64,000 nt of DNA from positions 86,157-150,156 of IMG/VR virus record IMGVR_UViG_3300031813_000004. One strand, written 5' to 3'. Position 1 is the stretch's first letter, and the number at the start of each line of letters is the position of its first letter. The notes below the pieces were generated by a model. That model saw only the letters and a list, made by a program, of their open reading frames with translations. It was not told the DNA's origin and did no database searches. Shown here in pieces: positions 28,042 to 38,277 of this stretch. Both the position numbers and the translations under genes were made by a program. Source of the DNA: a virus (Duplodnaviria > Caudoviricetes).

Positions 28042-31000
28042 TTAATAACTACCGGTAGTATATAAAAAGTGCCAATAAGTTCCATCTGCTACATAAAAAC
28101 CTGGGCCACCATAACTAGACCCAGTATAGCATGCCACATCACCTAAACCTCTTGTAGTTGGAAGTGTATTTCTACAAGTGAGTTTTAAAGGTGCTGATGT
28201 AGCATTACCAGTAAATTTACCACCGTATCCTGTTCCTTCCGCGTTACCTGTAACTGCATAGCCTGCACCACTAGTGACTCCTAATATGGCATAACCATCT
28301 CCTGTTATAATATTTGAAAATATTCCATTAGTTGCAGCCATATTATTTTGTGAAAACAACAAAACATTACCATTTCCACCCACAGTATCTAAATATATAG
28401 TTCCTCCAGGTCCAACAGAACCCATAGTATTAGATACACTATCTATAAAATTTGATGGTGATGTTGTACTTACTATTAAACAATTAATTGGCGCAGTTCC
28501 GCCACCATTTTGAACTCCTGTAAAAGTATTACTTGTAATACCTGTATATGTTGCATAAGCCCCAGAGCTAACAAATAGAAGGTTTCCAGATGTTGGGAAT
28601 CCAGCAGTAGATGTAACATTTATTGTAGTTTGATTAGATGCCATTGGAGAAGTTAATTGGCAACCTTGTGTTGAAATAGTAGAACCTACTAATGTCCCAG
28701 CTGTTATATTGCTTGCAGAAATCTTACCACTAACATATAAATTTCCACCACTTACAGTAAATGGAGCTAATTTTGTTGAAGGGGTACTAGGATCAACGAT
28801 ACTAAATTCATTTGCTACGATATTAAAACCACTAGTTGAACCGTCATTCCATGCTTTATAACCGCTTATATTTCCATTTGTATCTAATGTTACAGTTGCG
28901 GTAGAACTCATTTTTCCTGATAAATCTGAAGTTGTTTCATAACTCCCTAATGCTGAAGCCATACCTGAACTTGTAACTAAATTTGCATTTGTAATAGCAG
29001 ATGCTATTGTATTAGTTAAAGTAGACGAAGTACTATAATTTGTTATAGCTGAAGATATACTAGTTATATCTTGAAACTGAAACTCATCTACCAAGAATGT
29101 ACCTGTTCCGTTAGGGTAGTTTCCGAATGCTATGGGTTGTGCGGATACAGTGCCTGTCGGGAATTGGCCAGACCCTGTTCCAGTAACGGTTCCAGTATAT
29201 GTTTGCCATCCTCCTGCCACTGTTAAGATACTACTACCTGTTATGTAGCAATACCCACCATTTGATCCTGTTGTTGCACCATTTTTATCTCTTGATATAT
29301 ACCCAATATAGAGTAAATTATTTCCTGATGAAGAATCTATAGTCTGCTTTGCTCGAAATGTTATCTGATAAGTATGAGTGGTGTCTATAGCAACAGGTGT
29401 TCCATATTCAATAGTAGCCTGTGGACCAGTAAGTTGTAATGCATTTCCTCCAGTGCTGCCTCCACCAGATAATAGAGTTCCTCCTCCACTCCAATATTGT
29501 GTTCCTAGAGAAAATGTTGAGTTCATTAATCCTGCATTTGCTAATGTATTTGTTACCCCTGTTACTGCAGTTGCAATTGCACTATTCATTCCTGTAGTAG
29601 TTGTATAAGAAGATAAAGACGTAGCCGTATTATTTCCAGACTGTGATACAGCACTTGTAATAGCATTAGCTATTGCAGTATTCATATTTGTAGTAGTTGT
29701 ATAATATGATAAAGATGTTGCAAGACTTGAACTACTAACTAATGAACTTGTAGCAGCAGTTATAGCACTTGATATTGCATTATTCATTCCAGTTGTTGTT
29801 GTATAACTGCTAAGTGATGTAGATGTATTAGTTCCAGATTGTGATACAGAACTTGTTATAGCATTAGATATTGCAGTATTCATATTAGTTGTAGTTGTAT
29901 ATGAAGATAAAGATGTTGCTAAACTTGAATTGGTAACTAGAGAACTTGTAGCACTTGTTATTGCACTTGATATTGCACTATTCATTCCAATTGTTGTTGT
30001 ATAAGATGATAATGCATTTGCTGTTTGTGTAATATCAACAAAACTAAATTCATCTATTTGTGTGGTTCCTGTTCCATGTAAATCATTAACTAAGAAAACT
30101 GGTTTGATATAAATAGTTCCTGGTGTAAATTGTGTAATACCAGTTCCAGACCCTGTCATATTAATTGTAAATGTTTGCCAACCTTGAGCTACAGTTATTG
30201 GAATAGCATTTGCAACTGAATATGTATATGCCCCTCCACCATTTCCAGTTATGGTATTATAATTTGAATCTAAGTTTACCACACCTACATATATATTTCT
30301 TGCTCCTGAAACTGAATCAATAGTTTGTTTAACTCTAAAAGTTATTTGATATGTATGAGTAGCATTAATGGGAATAGCTGTAGCATAAATACCATAATTA
30401 TTACCAACTACTTGTAAAACGTCTCCACCAGTACTACCAGCTCCAGTAACTATTGTTCCAGGCGCAGCACCACTAGAAATTTGTCCAGTTGGTGTTGATG
30501 ACCAATATTGAGTTCCAGATGCAAAAAATGGATTTACGTCGGATAAGCCACCACCTTGAGCACCAATAATTGCAGTTGCAATAGCTGAATTCATATTAGT
30601 CGTGGTCGTATAAGAAGATAGAGCTGTTGATGTATTAGCTCCAGCTTGAGATACTGCACTTGTGATTGCAGTTGCAATAGCGGAGTTCATTCCAGTTGTA
30701 GTTGTATAAGATGATAAAGAATTTGCTAAACTTGAGTTACTAACTAAAGAACTTGTAGCAGCAGTTATAGCTGTAGATGTTGCACTATCTGCTGCAGTCT
30801 TTGTATAATAACTCGAAAGAGAAGTTGCAAGACTACTATTACTAACTAAAGAACTTGTAGCACCAGTTATAGCTGTTGATATTGCACTATTCATATTAAC
30901 AGTTGTTGAATATGATGAAAGTGATGTTGCCAAACTTGAATTAGAAACCAAAGAACTTGTTGCACCAGTTACAGCAGTTGAAATAGCAGAGTTCATTCCT

Positions 31001-31932
31001 GTCGTTGTTGTATACGAAGATAATGATGTTGCCAAACTTGCATTTGTTACAAATGAACTTGTTGCACCAGTTATTGCAGTTGAAGTTGCACTATCAGCAG
31101 CAGCCTTTGTATAATAATTACTAAGTGAAGTTGCCAAACTTGTATTAGAAACCATAGAACTAGTTGCACCAGTTACAGCAGTTGATATTGCACTATTCAT
31201 ATTTGTAGTTGTTGAATATGCTGAAAGAGATGTTGCTAAACTAGTTCCAGTTATAAATGAACTTGTAGCAGCAGTTATAGCCGATGAAGTTGCACTGTCA
31301 GCAGCAGTTTTTGTATAATAACTTGATAATGATGTTGCCAAACTTGTATTTGTTACAAATGAACTTGTTGCACCAGTAATTGCAGTTGCAATAGCTGAGT
31401 TCATATTTGTAGTTGTTGAATATGCTGAAAGTGAACTTGCTAAACTTGTATTGCTAACTAATGAACTTGTTGCTGTTGATATAGCAGAATTCATTGCTGA
31501 AATTGTAGAATAACTTAATAGAGAACTTGATAAACTTGAGTTACTAACTAAAGAACTTGTCGCGTTAGCTATAGCTGTATTCATACTAGCAGATGTTGCA
31601 TAAGAAGCTAATGAATTTGTAAGATTTGTATTACTAACTAATGTACTTGTTGCATTAGCTATAGCAGTATTAAGTTGACTATTAGTAGTATAAGTATTAT
31701 TTAACAATTTATGAGTAGTTGTATAATTAGAAAAAATTTGTGTAACTGGGATATTATTAACTAAAGTTTGGGTCCATCTTCCTGACTGGTATACTGGTAT
31801 AATTTCCACGCCAGATAATGGAACCGTAGTTGTTGGAAAGTAAATAGGATTTATGTCACTAGCTAATGACGTTCCAGTTAAAATCAATATAAACATCATT
31901 GTAATTAAATATTTAAACTTTTGTATTTTCAT
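28042..31932 (-). CDS. Tail fibre / host-specificity protein with Ser/Thr coiled repeats and two carbohydrate-binding modules
   Basis: Many ATSLSSYTTTT.MNSAI.TA.T.ATSSLVSN repeats; duplicated TYQITFR.KQT...GWQT...DEF.F.DIT domain; DTNGNISGY...F.IVA..F.I (gpJ/DUF1983-like); signal-peptide-like N-terminus. Confidence 0.75.
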   Translation of the reverse strand: MKIQKFKYLITMMFILILTGTSLASDINPIYFPTTTVPLSGVEIIPVYQSGRWTQTLVNNIPVTQIFSNYTTTHKLLNNTYTTNSQLNTAIANATSTLVSNTNLTNSLASYATSASMNTAIANATSSLVSNSSLSSSLLSYSTISAMNSAISTATSSLVSNTSLASSLSAYSTTTNMNSAIATAITGATSSFVTNTSLATSLSSYYTKTAADSATSSAITAATSSFITGTSLATSLSAYSTTTNMNSAISTAVTGATSSMVSNTSLATSLSNYYTKAAADSATSTAITGATSSFVTNASLATSLSSYTTTTGMNSAISTAVTGATSSLVSNSSLATSLSSYSTTVNMNSAISTAITGATSSLVSNSSLATSLSSYYTKTAADSATSTAITAATSSLVSNSSLANSLSSYTTTTGMNSAIATAITSAVSQAGANTSTALSSYTTTTNMNSAIATAIIGAQGGGLSDVNPFFASGTQYWSSTPTGQISSGAAPGTIVTGAGSTGGDVLQVVGNNYGIYATAIPINATHTYQITFRVKQTIDSVSGARNIYVGVVNLDSNYNTITGNGGGAYTYSVANAIPITVAQGWQTFTINMTGSGTGITQFTPGTIYIKPVFLVNDLHGTGTTQIDEFSFVDITQTANALSSYTTTIGMNSAISSAITSATSSLVTNSSLATSLSSYTTTTNMNTAISNAITSSVSQSGTNTSTSLSSYTTTTGMNNAISSAITAATSSLVSSSSLATSLSYYTTTTNMNTAIANAITSAVSQSGNNTATSLSSYTTTTGMNSAIATAVTGVTNTLANAGLMNSTFSLGTQYWSGGGTLLSGGGSTGGNALQLTGPQATIEYGTPVAIDTTHTYQITFRAKQTIDSSSGNNLLYIGYISRDKNGATTGSNGGYCYITGSSILTVAGGWQTYTGTVTGTGSGQFPTGTVSAQPIAFGNYPNGTGTFLVDEFQFQDITSISSAITNYSTSSTLTNTIASAITNANLVTSSGMASALGSYETTSDLSGKMSSTATVTLDTNGNISGYKAWNDGSTSGFNIVANEFSIVDPSTPSTKLAPFTVSGGNLYVSGKISASNITAGTLVGSTISTQGCQLTSPMASNQTTINVTSTAGFPTSGNLLFVSSGAYATYTGITSNTFTGVQNGGGTAPINCLIVSTTSPSNFIDSVSNTMGSVGPGGTIYLDTVGGNGNVLLFSQNNMAATNGIFSNIITGDGYAILGVTSGAGYAVTGNAEGTGYGGKFTGNATSAPLKLTCRNTLPTTRGLGDVACYTGSSYGGPGFYVADGTYWHFLYTTGSY

Positions 31933-31944
31933 TATTTTTCTCCT

Positions 31945-33756
31945 TTAGTTCCAAACTATTTCATTTCCATTTGTGTCTGACCATACGTTTCCATTTTGAT
32001 CTAAAAATCTGAAAGTTTCCCCATCAAGTTGACTAACATATATTTGTAAATAATCAGATCCAAATTCATTATCAAAACTATTACCAGAATCAAAATCCTG
32101 TAACCCACCACAACATAATGTATAATCTAAATTTCCTGTTGAATCTGTTGCATAATATAATTCAGTATAAGCATTTGAATTATGATTATTTAAATTATTA
32201 TTAATATTTTGTGTGATAGTTATATTTAAGGGCAATACATCATCCATAATACCATTATCAAATAATGAAAATTCATTATCAAAAGTAGATCTAGAATAAT
32301 CTGAAATATCTCCATAAATATTTTTAACACTATCTGCACTTGTAAAATCAAATACATTTTGTGTTATAGAAATACCTAAATTATCATTAACATCTAAATA
32401 ATCAAACGCTGGATTATTAATTTTAAGAAAATAAGTCAAATCTAAAAATCTAGATCTATATGGTTTAAATAAATTAATCATTTTATTAATATCAGTAATA
32501 TATGCTTCAATTCCATAAATATAGCTAGTCAATCCTGGGAAATTTAAACTCCTTCCAATATCTGTATTAAAATAATTAGATTCCAACCATAAAGAAAAAT
32601 CTTGCAACATAGAGATTAATAAACCTTGTTGTAATTCAGTTGGTGTAGTTTGGATAGTTTGATATAAAATTGGATTTATTGAATTTAATAATATTCCGAT
32701 ATTATTATGATCTAAAAAATTAATATTAGAAATAACATCTACAGATAAAACATTTAATAAATTCTCTAAATTTGAATCTGCTGCTCCTTGTAGGTTTTGT
32801 CTAACACTTGAATTTTTATAAAATGTTGTAAAACTTTCAAAATTATATTCATCATTTGTTTCAATATCATTATATATAAAAATTTTATCATTTTGATTTT
32901 CAACATCTAAAGATATTAACCCATTATATAATGATATTATAGCTAAATAACATTCTAATGCCGAAACTTTTATATTTAAATTAGTAAGTTTGATTTCTGA
33001 AGGAAGATTAGTCAAATTATTATATTCATCATTAATAACTTTAGAAATCCATGATAATATCATTGTCATTTGATATAAATCAAATGTAACAAAAACACTA
33101 AAATATGGAGTTTTAACTGGAAGAGAAGTATTTCCATTATTAACAATTGTATTAACTTGACTTTCAGTAATAAACCAATGAGGATCAACAGAAGTCATTT
33201 CAGAAAAACTTTTATCGAATACTGGGAAATAATCAATATTAATTATTGGTAAAGTTCTAAAAACTAATTCACTCTGTAAATTTTTAATTAAAAGATATTC
33301 AGTAATAGTAATATTATTCAAACCATAATAATTAAAACATTTTTCTAAAGCCAATCCTGTTCCTTTAATTTTATAAATATTAACTAAATCTAAAAAGAAA
33401 TTCATTCTATTATTAGAAGAAATAATTTCTAACCCATATGAATAACCAAAACTTAAAATTAATTCATTTAATTGATCTGATGTTAAAACTCTAGGATCAG
33501 AAACTTGTTGTTGAATGGATGTTAAAGTTCTTAATGCTGCATACCAATCTATTAATAAATTTCTTATTCTCTGATAATCTGGAGTATTAAAAGCTAATTG
33601 GTCAATTGTATTTGTAAATAATGCAGTGGCTTTAGTTTGTTCAGAAAGAGCAATTTTAAACGCAGGATCTAGATTTGAAGGTAAATCAGTATTTCCAGTT
33701 TGTTCTACTTGCTGAAAATAACTAATTAGATTCCAAACGTCTTCTATCTTAAACAT
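31945..33756 (-). CDS. Baseplate wedge-like protein
   Basis: LILSFGY...LVNIYKIKGT...NITITEY; FKPYRSR; position between structural genes. Confidence 0.6.
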   Translation of the reverse strand: MFKIEDVWNLISYFQQVEQTGNTDLPSNLDPAFKIALSEQTKATALFTNTIDQLAFNTPDYQRIRNLLIDWYAALRTLTSIQQQVSDPRVLTSDQLNELILSFGYSYGLEIISSNNRMNFFLDLVNIYKIKGTGLALEKCFNYYGLNNITITEYLLIKNLQSELVFRTLPIINIDYFPVFDKSFSEMTSVDPHWFITESQVNTIVNNGNTSLPVKTPYFSVFVTFDLYQMTMILSWISKVINDEYNNLTNLPSEIKLTNLNIKVSALECYLAIISLYNGLISLDVENQNDKIFIYNDIETNDEYNFESFTTFYKNSSVRQNLQGAADSNLENLLNVLSVDVISNINFLDHNNIGILLNSINPILYQTIQTTPTELQQGLLISMLQDFSLWLESNYFNTDIGRSLNFPGLTSYIYGIEAYITDINKMINLFKPYRSRFLDLTYFLKINNPAFDYLDVNDNLGISITQNVFDFTSADSVKNIYGDISDYSRSTFDNEFSLFDNGIMDDVLPLNITITQNINNNLNNHNSNAYTELYYATDSTGNLDYTLCCGGLQDFDSGNSFDNEFGSDYLQIYVSQLDGETFRFLDQNGNVWSDTNGNEIVWN

Positions 33757-33773
33757 TTAATTTTCCCCTTTCA

Positions 33774-34538
33774 TTATGCAATAATTTCAGATTGTAATTG
33801 ACTTAAATCAATATTTCTATTTTGGACTACATTAAACATACTCTCAGTTAAATAAATTTCATATGAAGATTCTAAAACACTATTAGGATTTGATAGTGTT
33901 TGAGTATCGTCATAAAAACTAATGTCATTATTTAATTTTACAGCTAAATATAAATAGATCATTTTTGAAAGGTTTGTTGATAATATATTAAAATCAATAT
34001 CACCAATATAAGCTTGAGGGGTATTAGTTGACCAATCTATATGATTTGTTTGATCGCCCCATTCATTTCCGTCTTGATCTACCCATATACCATTATTAAA
34101 AATCCACACAACTCCATTATTATCAGTCCAAGTTGTTTGATTTACAGATGGTGGTAATATAGTAGTTCTATAAGTTAATAGTCTATTTAATAAATTTATA
34201 TCATCGCTTTGTAAATTGAAAAGATTTAAATTACAAATATTTACATCAGTGGAATCACATAAATAATATGTAGATGATATTGGATATATCATCAATCTTG
34301 TTAATATTGGTCTAGGCCAAACATTTTTATCAGTTACTTGTCTATACATATAATTATAATTATCAAAATTAACAGGCCAACAATCATCAAATAATAATCT
34401 AATAAATGAGTTGGTATTAAATATATCAGAATTTATTACGGAAACAGGTTTTGGTATGTTATAAAAATTCATATATCTAGACATTAAAACTTTACTAAAA
34501 TAATGTTGTAATTCTGGAACTAGATTAGTGCTGTTCAT
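33774..34538 (-). CDS. Putative virion structural protein
   Basis: In structural operon; W.D.NG repeats. Confidence 0.5.
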   Translation of the reverse strand: MNSTNLVPELQHYFSKVLMSRYMNFYNIPKPVSVINSDIFNTNSFIRLLFDDCWPVNFDNYNYMYRQVTDKNVWPRPILTRLMIYPISSTYYLCDSTDVNICNLNLFNLQSDDINLLNRLLTYRTTILPPSVNQTTWTDNNGVVWIFNNGIWVDQDGNEWGDQTNHIDWSTNTPQAYIGDIDFNILSTNLSKMIYLYLAVKLNNDISFYDDTQTLSNPNSVLESSYEIYLTESMFNVVQNRNIDLSQLQSEIIA

Positions 34539-35115
34539 TTTTAGGATGCTCCATTTTAACTTTTAGTAAATCTCTTGAACTTAACATATCTAACATATGA
34601 ACAAACATAGTCTTAGGATCTAGATTCTTAAATGAGAAATCTTTTTTTGCATCAGTACTCCATCTACCAGAATGAAATCTAACAATTTCTTCTAATAATA
34701 CAACTTCTTCTTCATCGAATATTTTTTTAAAAAAATTTTTATTTTCATGAATTATATCGGCTGATAATTTATCATGCTCTTTGTATGTGTGAAAACTGTT
34801 ATATTCAGCATCATCCCGAGAACCGTACTTAAATGCGTCATGAAGAGTTATTGCTAATAATATCACATCTGCTTCATTAGTTTTAACTTTAATATCTAAC
34901 ATTGATAATAATGGAACTGCTGCATATAACATTTCATATGTATGCTCTGCTGTAGAAGGAACAAAGCCGTTACTCTTACGATGGTATTTTCCAGTACTAC
35001 TTGTTCGTTTAGCCCAACAGTTTGGAATATTTTTTAACATCATTATAGCAAGCTTATTTCCATTTTCTGTTAAATTAATCTCTAACAATTCTTTTATTGA
35101 ATTTAAATAGTCCAC
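34525..35115 (-). CDS. HD-domain phosphohydrolase
   Basis: SSTGKYH, EHT, LHDAFKYG, HSGRW, VH.LD. Confidence 0.8.
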   Translation of the reverse strand: MDYLNSIKELLEINLTENGNKLAIMMLKNIPNCWAKRTSSTGKYHRKSNGFVPSTAEHTYEMLYAAVPLLSMLDIKVKTNEADVILLAITLHDAFKYGSRDDAEYNSFHTYKEHDKLSADIIHENKNFFKKIFDEEEVVLLEEIVRFHSGRWSTDAKKDFSFKNLDPKTMFVHMLDMLSSRDLLKVKMEHPKNEQH

Positions 35116-35117
35116 AA

Positions 35118-35468
35118 TTATATCCTTTCATTAGATAGAGTTTCAACTACAAATTTAGCTTTATCTTTACTAATTATTTTTTTAGTTCCAGTTTTAACAT
35201 TTTCATATTTATCAATTAGAAGACCATTAGAATTAAAAAAGTATATATTGATTGGAAATTTCATTTTCAATGTGTGAAATATTCTAACAGATTCTTCACT
35301 AAATTCAAAAACAAAGGCCACGTCTGAAGGTATATTATCATATCTTAACAACCCAATTTTATGATCTCTATTTGTAGTGAATCTTATAACTTTTTTAAAG
35401 GATGATAAAAATGAACTTAAGAACTCTTCTTGATTTAAGTATTCCAAATAAAATTGTAAGTTATTCAA
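35118..35468 (-). CDS. DUF192-like protein with N-terminal YLEYL..EE extension
   Basis: GLL...FVFEF...MKFPINIYF...G...AKFVVE. Confidence 0.55.
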   Translation of the reverse strand: MNNLQFYLEYLNQEEFLSSFLSSFKKVIRFTTNRDHKIGLLRYDNIPSDVAFVFEFSEESVRIFHTLKMKFPINIYFFNSNGLLIDKYENVKTGTKKIISKDKAKFVVETLSNERI

Positions 35469-35502
35469 TGAAAAGTTCTCCTTTCTTTTGTACTTCTCTT
35501 TA

Positions 35503-35513
35503 ATTTTGTTCTT
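35503..35513 (-). promoter_or_regulatory. Putative late promoter motif AAGAACAAAAT
   Basis: Head of baseplate/tail fibre operon. Confidence 0.55.
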
Positions 35514-35538
35514 TATTTATTAAGGATACTAGTAAGTT

Positions 35539-35554
35539 CTATATATATTAATTA
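35539..35554 (+). promoter_or_regulatory. Putative early promoter motif CTATATATATTAATTA
   Basis: Identical to 5667 and 17395. Confidence 0.7.
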
Positions 35555-35571
35555 TTAGAAAAGAACTTTAT

Positions 35572-35799
35572 TTGAAAAAGGAGTTTCATATGATGAATGA
35601 GACTTTTCAAGAAATGGATAAAAGAATTAAAAAATTAACAAATGAAGATCTTAAAACTGTTTGGAGTTGCATTGAATATTGTGATGACGAAAGATGGGCT
35701 GAAATAGTTTATAGCGAATTAGGTATTAGAGGAATATGTGCCATAACTATTCCCAATTACAAACCAAATGATTTAGGAGAATTAAATTATGGATTTTAA
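35572..35799 (+). CDS. Hypothetical early protein
   Basis: First ORF after motif (true start probably the ATG near 35590). Confidence 0.55.
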   Translation: MKKEFHMMNETFQEMDKRIKKLTNEDLKTVWSCIEYCDDERWAEIVYSELGIRGICAITIPNYKPNDLGELNYGF

Positions 35800-36022
35800 T
35801 TCAAAAGAAACAGTAATTTCAGCTGAAGTTGTAATTCCTACTAAATGGGGTGAAATGGCTAAAGTAGAAGCCATCTTTGCAAACACTCCAGAAAAAGTTA
35901 AGGTATTCGACTTCTTTCATGATGAACTTAGTTTTAGTTCTAATGAGTTCATTGGGAAAACTTATTCTGAATGTAAAGGCATGTTTCACTCAAAAGATGT
36001 AGCTTATCTTTTGAGCTTATAA
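35789..36022 (+). CDS. Hypothetical early protein
   Basis: F.DELSFS..EFIGKT...D..YL. Confidence 0.6.
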   Translation: MDFNSKETVISAEVVIPTKWGEMAKVEAIFANTPEKVKVFDFFHDELSFSSNEFIGKTYSECKGMFHSKDVAYLLSL

Positions 36023-36024
36023 AT

Positions 36025-36052
36025 AAAATTGAGGCTAACATAGCTCAATTTT
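36025..36052 (+). terminator. Conserved bulged hairpin, copy 2
   Basis: AAAATTGAGGCT-aacat-AGCTCAATTTT. Confidence 0.6.
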
Positions 36053-36075
36053 AAACCAAAATAAAAGGAGATATT

Positions 36076-36597
36076 ATGTGTAAATTTAAATCAGCTATTT
36101 TACTTAAAGACCGAGTTTATATTTCTAAAATTTCAGAATCGCATACCACAATGTTAGAAGAATTAAAAATTGAAGATAATAAAAGAAATACAGAAATTAA
36201 ATTTGTAAGAGTTTAATTAATCCCGTTTGAAGATGATTATTTCTCAAATATAGATTCTTGGATTTTTGTTGTAGATCAAGATATACTACCTGAATGGTTT
36301 GTTAAAGAATATGATGAAATTAGAATGAAAGACGCTGTTAAACTTTGGGGTAAAACCCATATATTTATTGATGTTGATAATTTAAAATTACAAAAAGATA
36401 ATTATTATTTTAAAAATTGTAAAAATATTGAAGTGGAAAATTCTACCGTAACTGCTTGGGAAAATTCTATAATATGTTTACCTAATAATTCAAGTAATAA
36501 AAAAGAAAATATTATTTTAATGGAAAATAGTACTCTTAAAGATTGTAAAACAAAAACTATTTACCAATCAGGTAATTGGAAATTAATAACAATTTAA
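36076..36597 (+). pseudogene. Phage protein interrupted by in-frame TAA (36214-36216)
   Basis: MCKFKSAILLKDRV...FVRV*LIPF...VDQDILPEWF continues in frame into ORF 36325..36597; strong RBS at 5' end. Confidence 0.75.
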
Positions 36598-36599
36598 AA

Positions 36600-36647
36600 A
36601 ATTAAGGTATTTAATACAATTTTAAAATTGTATTAAATACCTTAATT
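36600..36647. repeat. Perfect 48-bp palindrome with no loop
   Basis: AATTAAGGTATTTAATACAATTTT|AAAATTGTATTAAATACCTTAATT. Confidence 0.95.
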
Positions 36648-36669
36648 AAAAATAAAAGGAGATATTAAA

Positions 36670-36888
36670 ATGAAATATGTTAAAACTATTAGAATTATAT
36701 TCGATTCAGTGGATGACACATTTGCAAGAAAAACAGATGAAGAAATATCAAAACATTTATCAATTGAAATATTAAAATTAGCAGCAACAATTAAAGGATT
36801 TAGAGTAGTTGAAAAATTACAACAAATAGAAGATAAGAAACCACCCAGACATGTTCATACTAAAAACGAAGGAGAAAAAAATGTTTAA
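36670..36888 (+). CDS. Hypothetical protein
   Basis: RBS AAGGAG. Confidence 0.6.
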   Translation: MKYVKTIRIIFDSVDDTFARKTDEEISKHLSIEILKLAATIKGFRVVEKLQQIEDKKPPRHVHTKNEGEKNV

Positions 36889-36974
36889 CAAATTATTAAT
36901 CCTTATTTTTGCTTTAGCTGTATTTGGTATATCTACATATGCTATAATTGACTCATTATATCCTGGAGATTAAC

Positions 36975-37169
36975 ATGGCTGGAATACATAGGAAGACTAC
37001 TATTTTAACAAACCTTTCTAAAATAATGTTAGAGAAAAATATTAAATGTTATGAATTAGTAAGTAAATCAGGACTTAATAAATGTACAATATCAAGAGCA
37101 TTAAAAGGTAAAAGTTTATTAAAAAGGACAGCTGAAATAATCTTACAAACAATCGAAGAAAGATTTTAA
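36975..37169 (+). CDS. Cro/XRE-type HTH regulator
   Basis: LSKIM.EKNI...EL..KSGL...TISRAL.G. Confidence 0.75.
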   Translation: MAGIHRKTTILTNLSKIMLEKNIKCYELVSKSGLNKCTISRALKGKSLLKRTAEIILQTIEERF

Positions 37170-37184
37170 AAAGGAGAAATAAAA

Positions 37185-37595
37185 ATGAAAAATCTTGATG
37201 CGAAAATTATAAATTCTAATGATGAAGAAATTGTTGCACATAGATATTTATTAAATGATGGAAGAAGATGCACTGCTTTTTATAAGTGCGGTAATAAAGA
37301 TATTGCGGAAACCTTAACTAAATTTTTAAATTCAATTAATTCTGAAAGATTTGATATGACTAGAATACCTCTCCCACTATTACAAGAGATTGTTAATAAT
37401 CCTAATCAAGAAATTTTTATATATGAAACTGAGGGTGGAAATATAATAGCTGCTAAAAAAGTTGATTGGTTTAAAAAAGAAGATCCAATTACTCATAATA
37501 TAAAAGTTAGTTATGATTTTATAATAAATCCACAAGATAATATGACAAAAAATGAACAAGATGAATTTTTTAAATTAGAGATGGTTAAAATATAA
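37185..37595 (+). CDS. Hypothetical protein
   Basis: RBS AAGGAG. Confidence 0.6.
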   Translation: MKNLDAKIINSNDEEIVAHRYLLNDGRRCTAFYKCGNKDIAETLTKFLNSINSERFDMTRIPLPLLQEIVNNPNQEIFIYETEGGNIIAAKKVDWFKKEDPITHNIKVSYDFIINPQDNMTKNEQDEFFKLEMVKI

Positions 37596-37828
37596 TGGCA
37601 AGAAATATTAAAAAAGATTTACAAAAAGTTAATGAAAGAATTAGCAAAGAAATTAAAAACTTATCAGGGGGTGAACATACCGGACCAGGCCCAAACTATA
37701 GAGCTGGAATTGCAAATGAAGGATATGTTGGAGGGTATCAATCAGCTATAAATGATGTAATTTTAGCTCTTAATAATGTTAAACCACATGATAGATACTA
37801 TTTTTGGCAAGATTTTGAGGAGAAATAA
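37595..37828 (+). CDS. Hypothetical protein
   Basis: Coupled ORF. Confidence 0.6.
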   Translation: MARNIKKDLQKVNERISKEIKNLSGGEHTGPGPNYRAGIANEGYVGGYQSAINDVILALNNVKPHDRYYFWQDFEEK

Positions 37829-38019
37829 AATGGAAGAAAAATTTGATCACATAAAATGGACTCCTGAAAAAGTTGCTAAATTAGTTAAAGCTGTAAGATC
37901 ATGTAGAAACTTAGCATATAGCAAGTGTGAATGTTCAAGTCATGATTCAGCATATGGATATGAATGTGGCTATTGTAAAATATATTCTGAATTAAATTCA
38001 ATCTTAAAGGAGAAATAAA

Positions 38020-38277
38020 ATGGCTAATACAATAAAAGACAAAGCAATTGAATTAGTAAATGAAAAACCAGGTATTAAAATGGTTAAATTAGTTTTAGAA
38101 TTAACTGAATATAATTTTAAAAATAAATTAGATGCAGATGTTTTAAGTACAATAGAAAAATTAATTGAAGATGGTGAAATAGTTGAATTAGAATATATTT
38201 TATTATCAATGGAATATAGATGTAAATCTCTTTTATTTCCTAAAGGAACTAGATTCTTAAGAAAGGAGCCAAAATGA
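38020..38277 (+). CDS. Winged-helix-like hypothetical protein
   Basis: ELVNEKPGIK..L...IEKLIEDGEIVE pattern. Confidence 0.5.
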   Translation: MANTIKDKAIELVNEKPGIKMVKLVLELTEYNFKNKLDADVLSTIEKLIEDGEIVELEYILLSMEYRCKSLLFPKGTRFLRKEPK

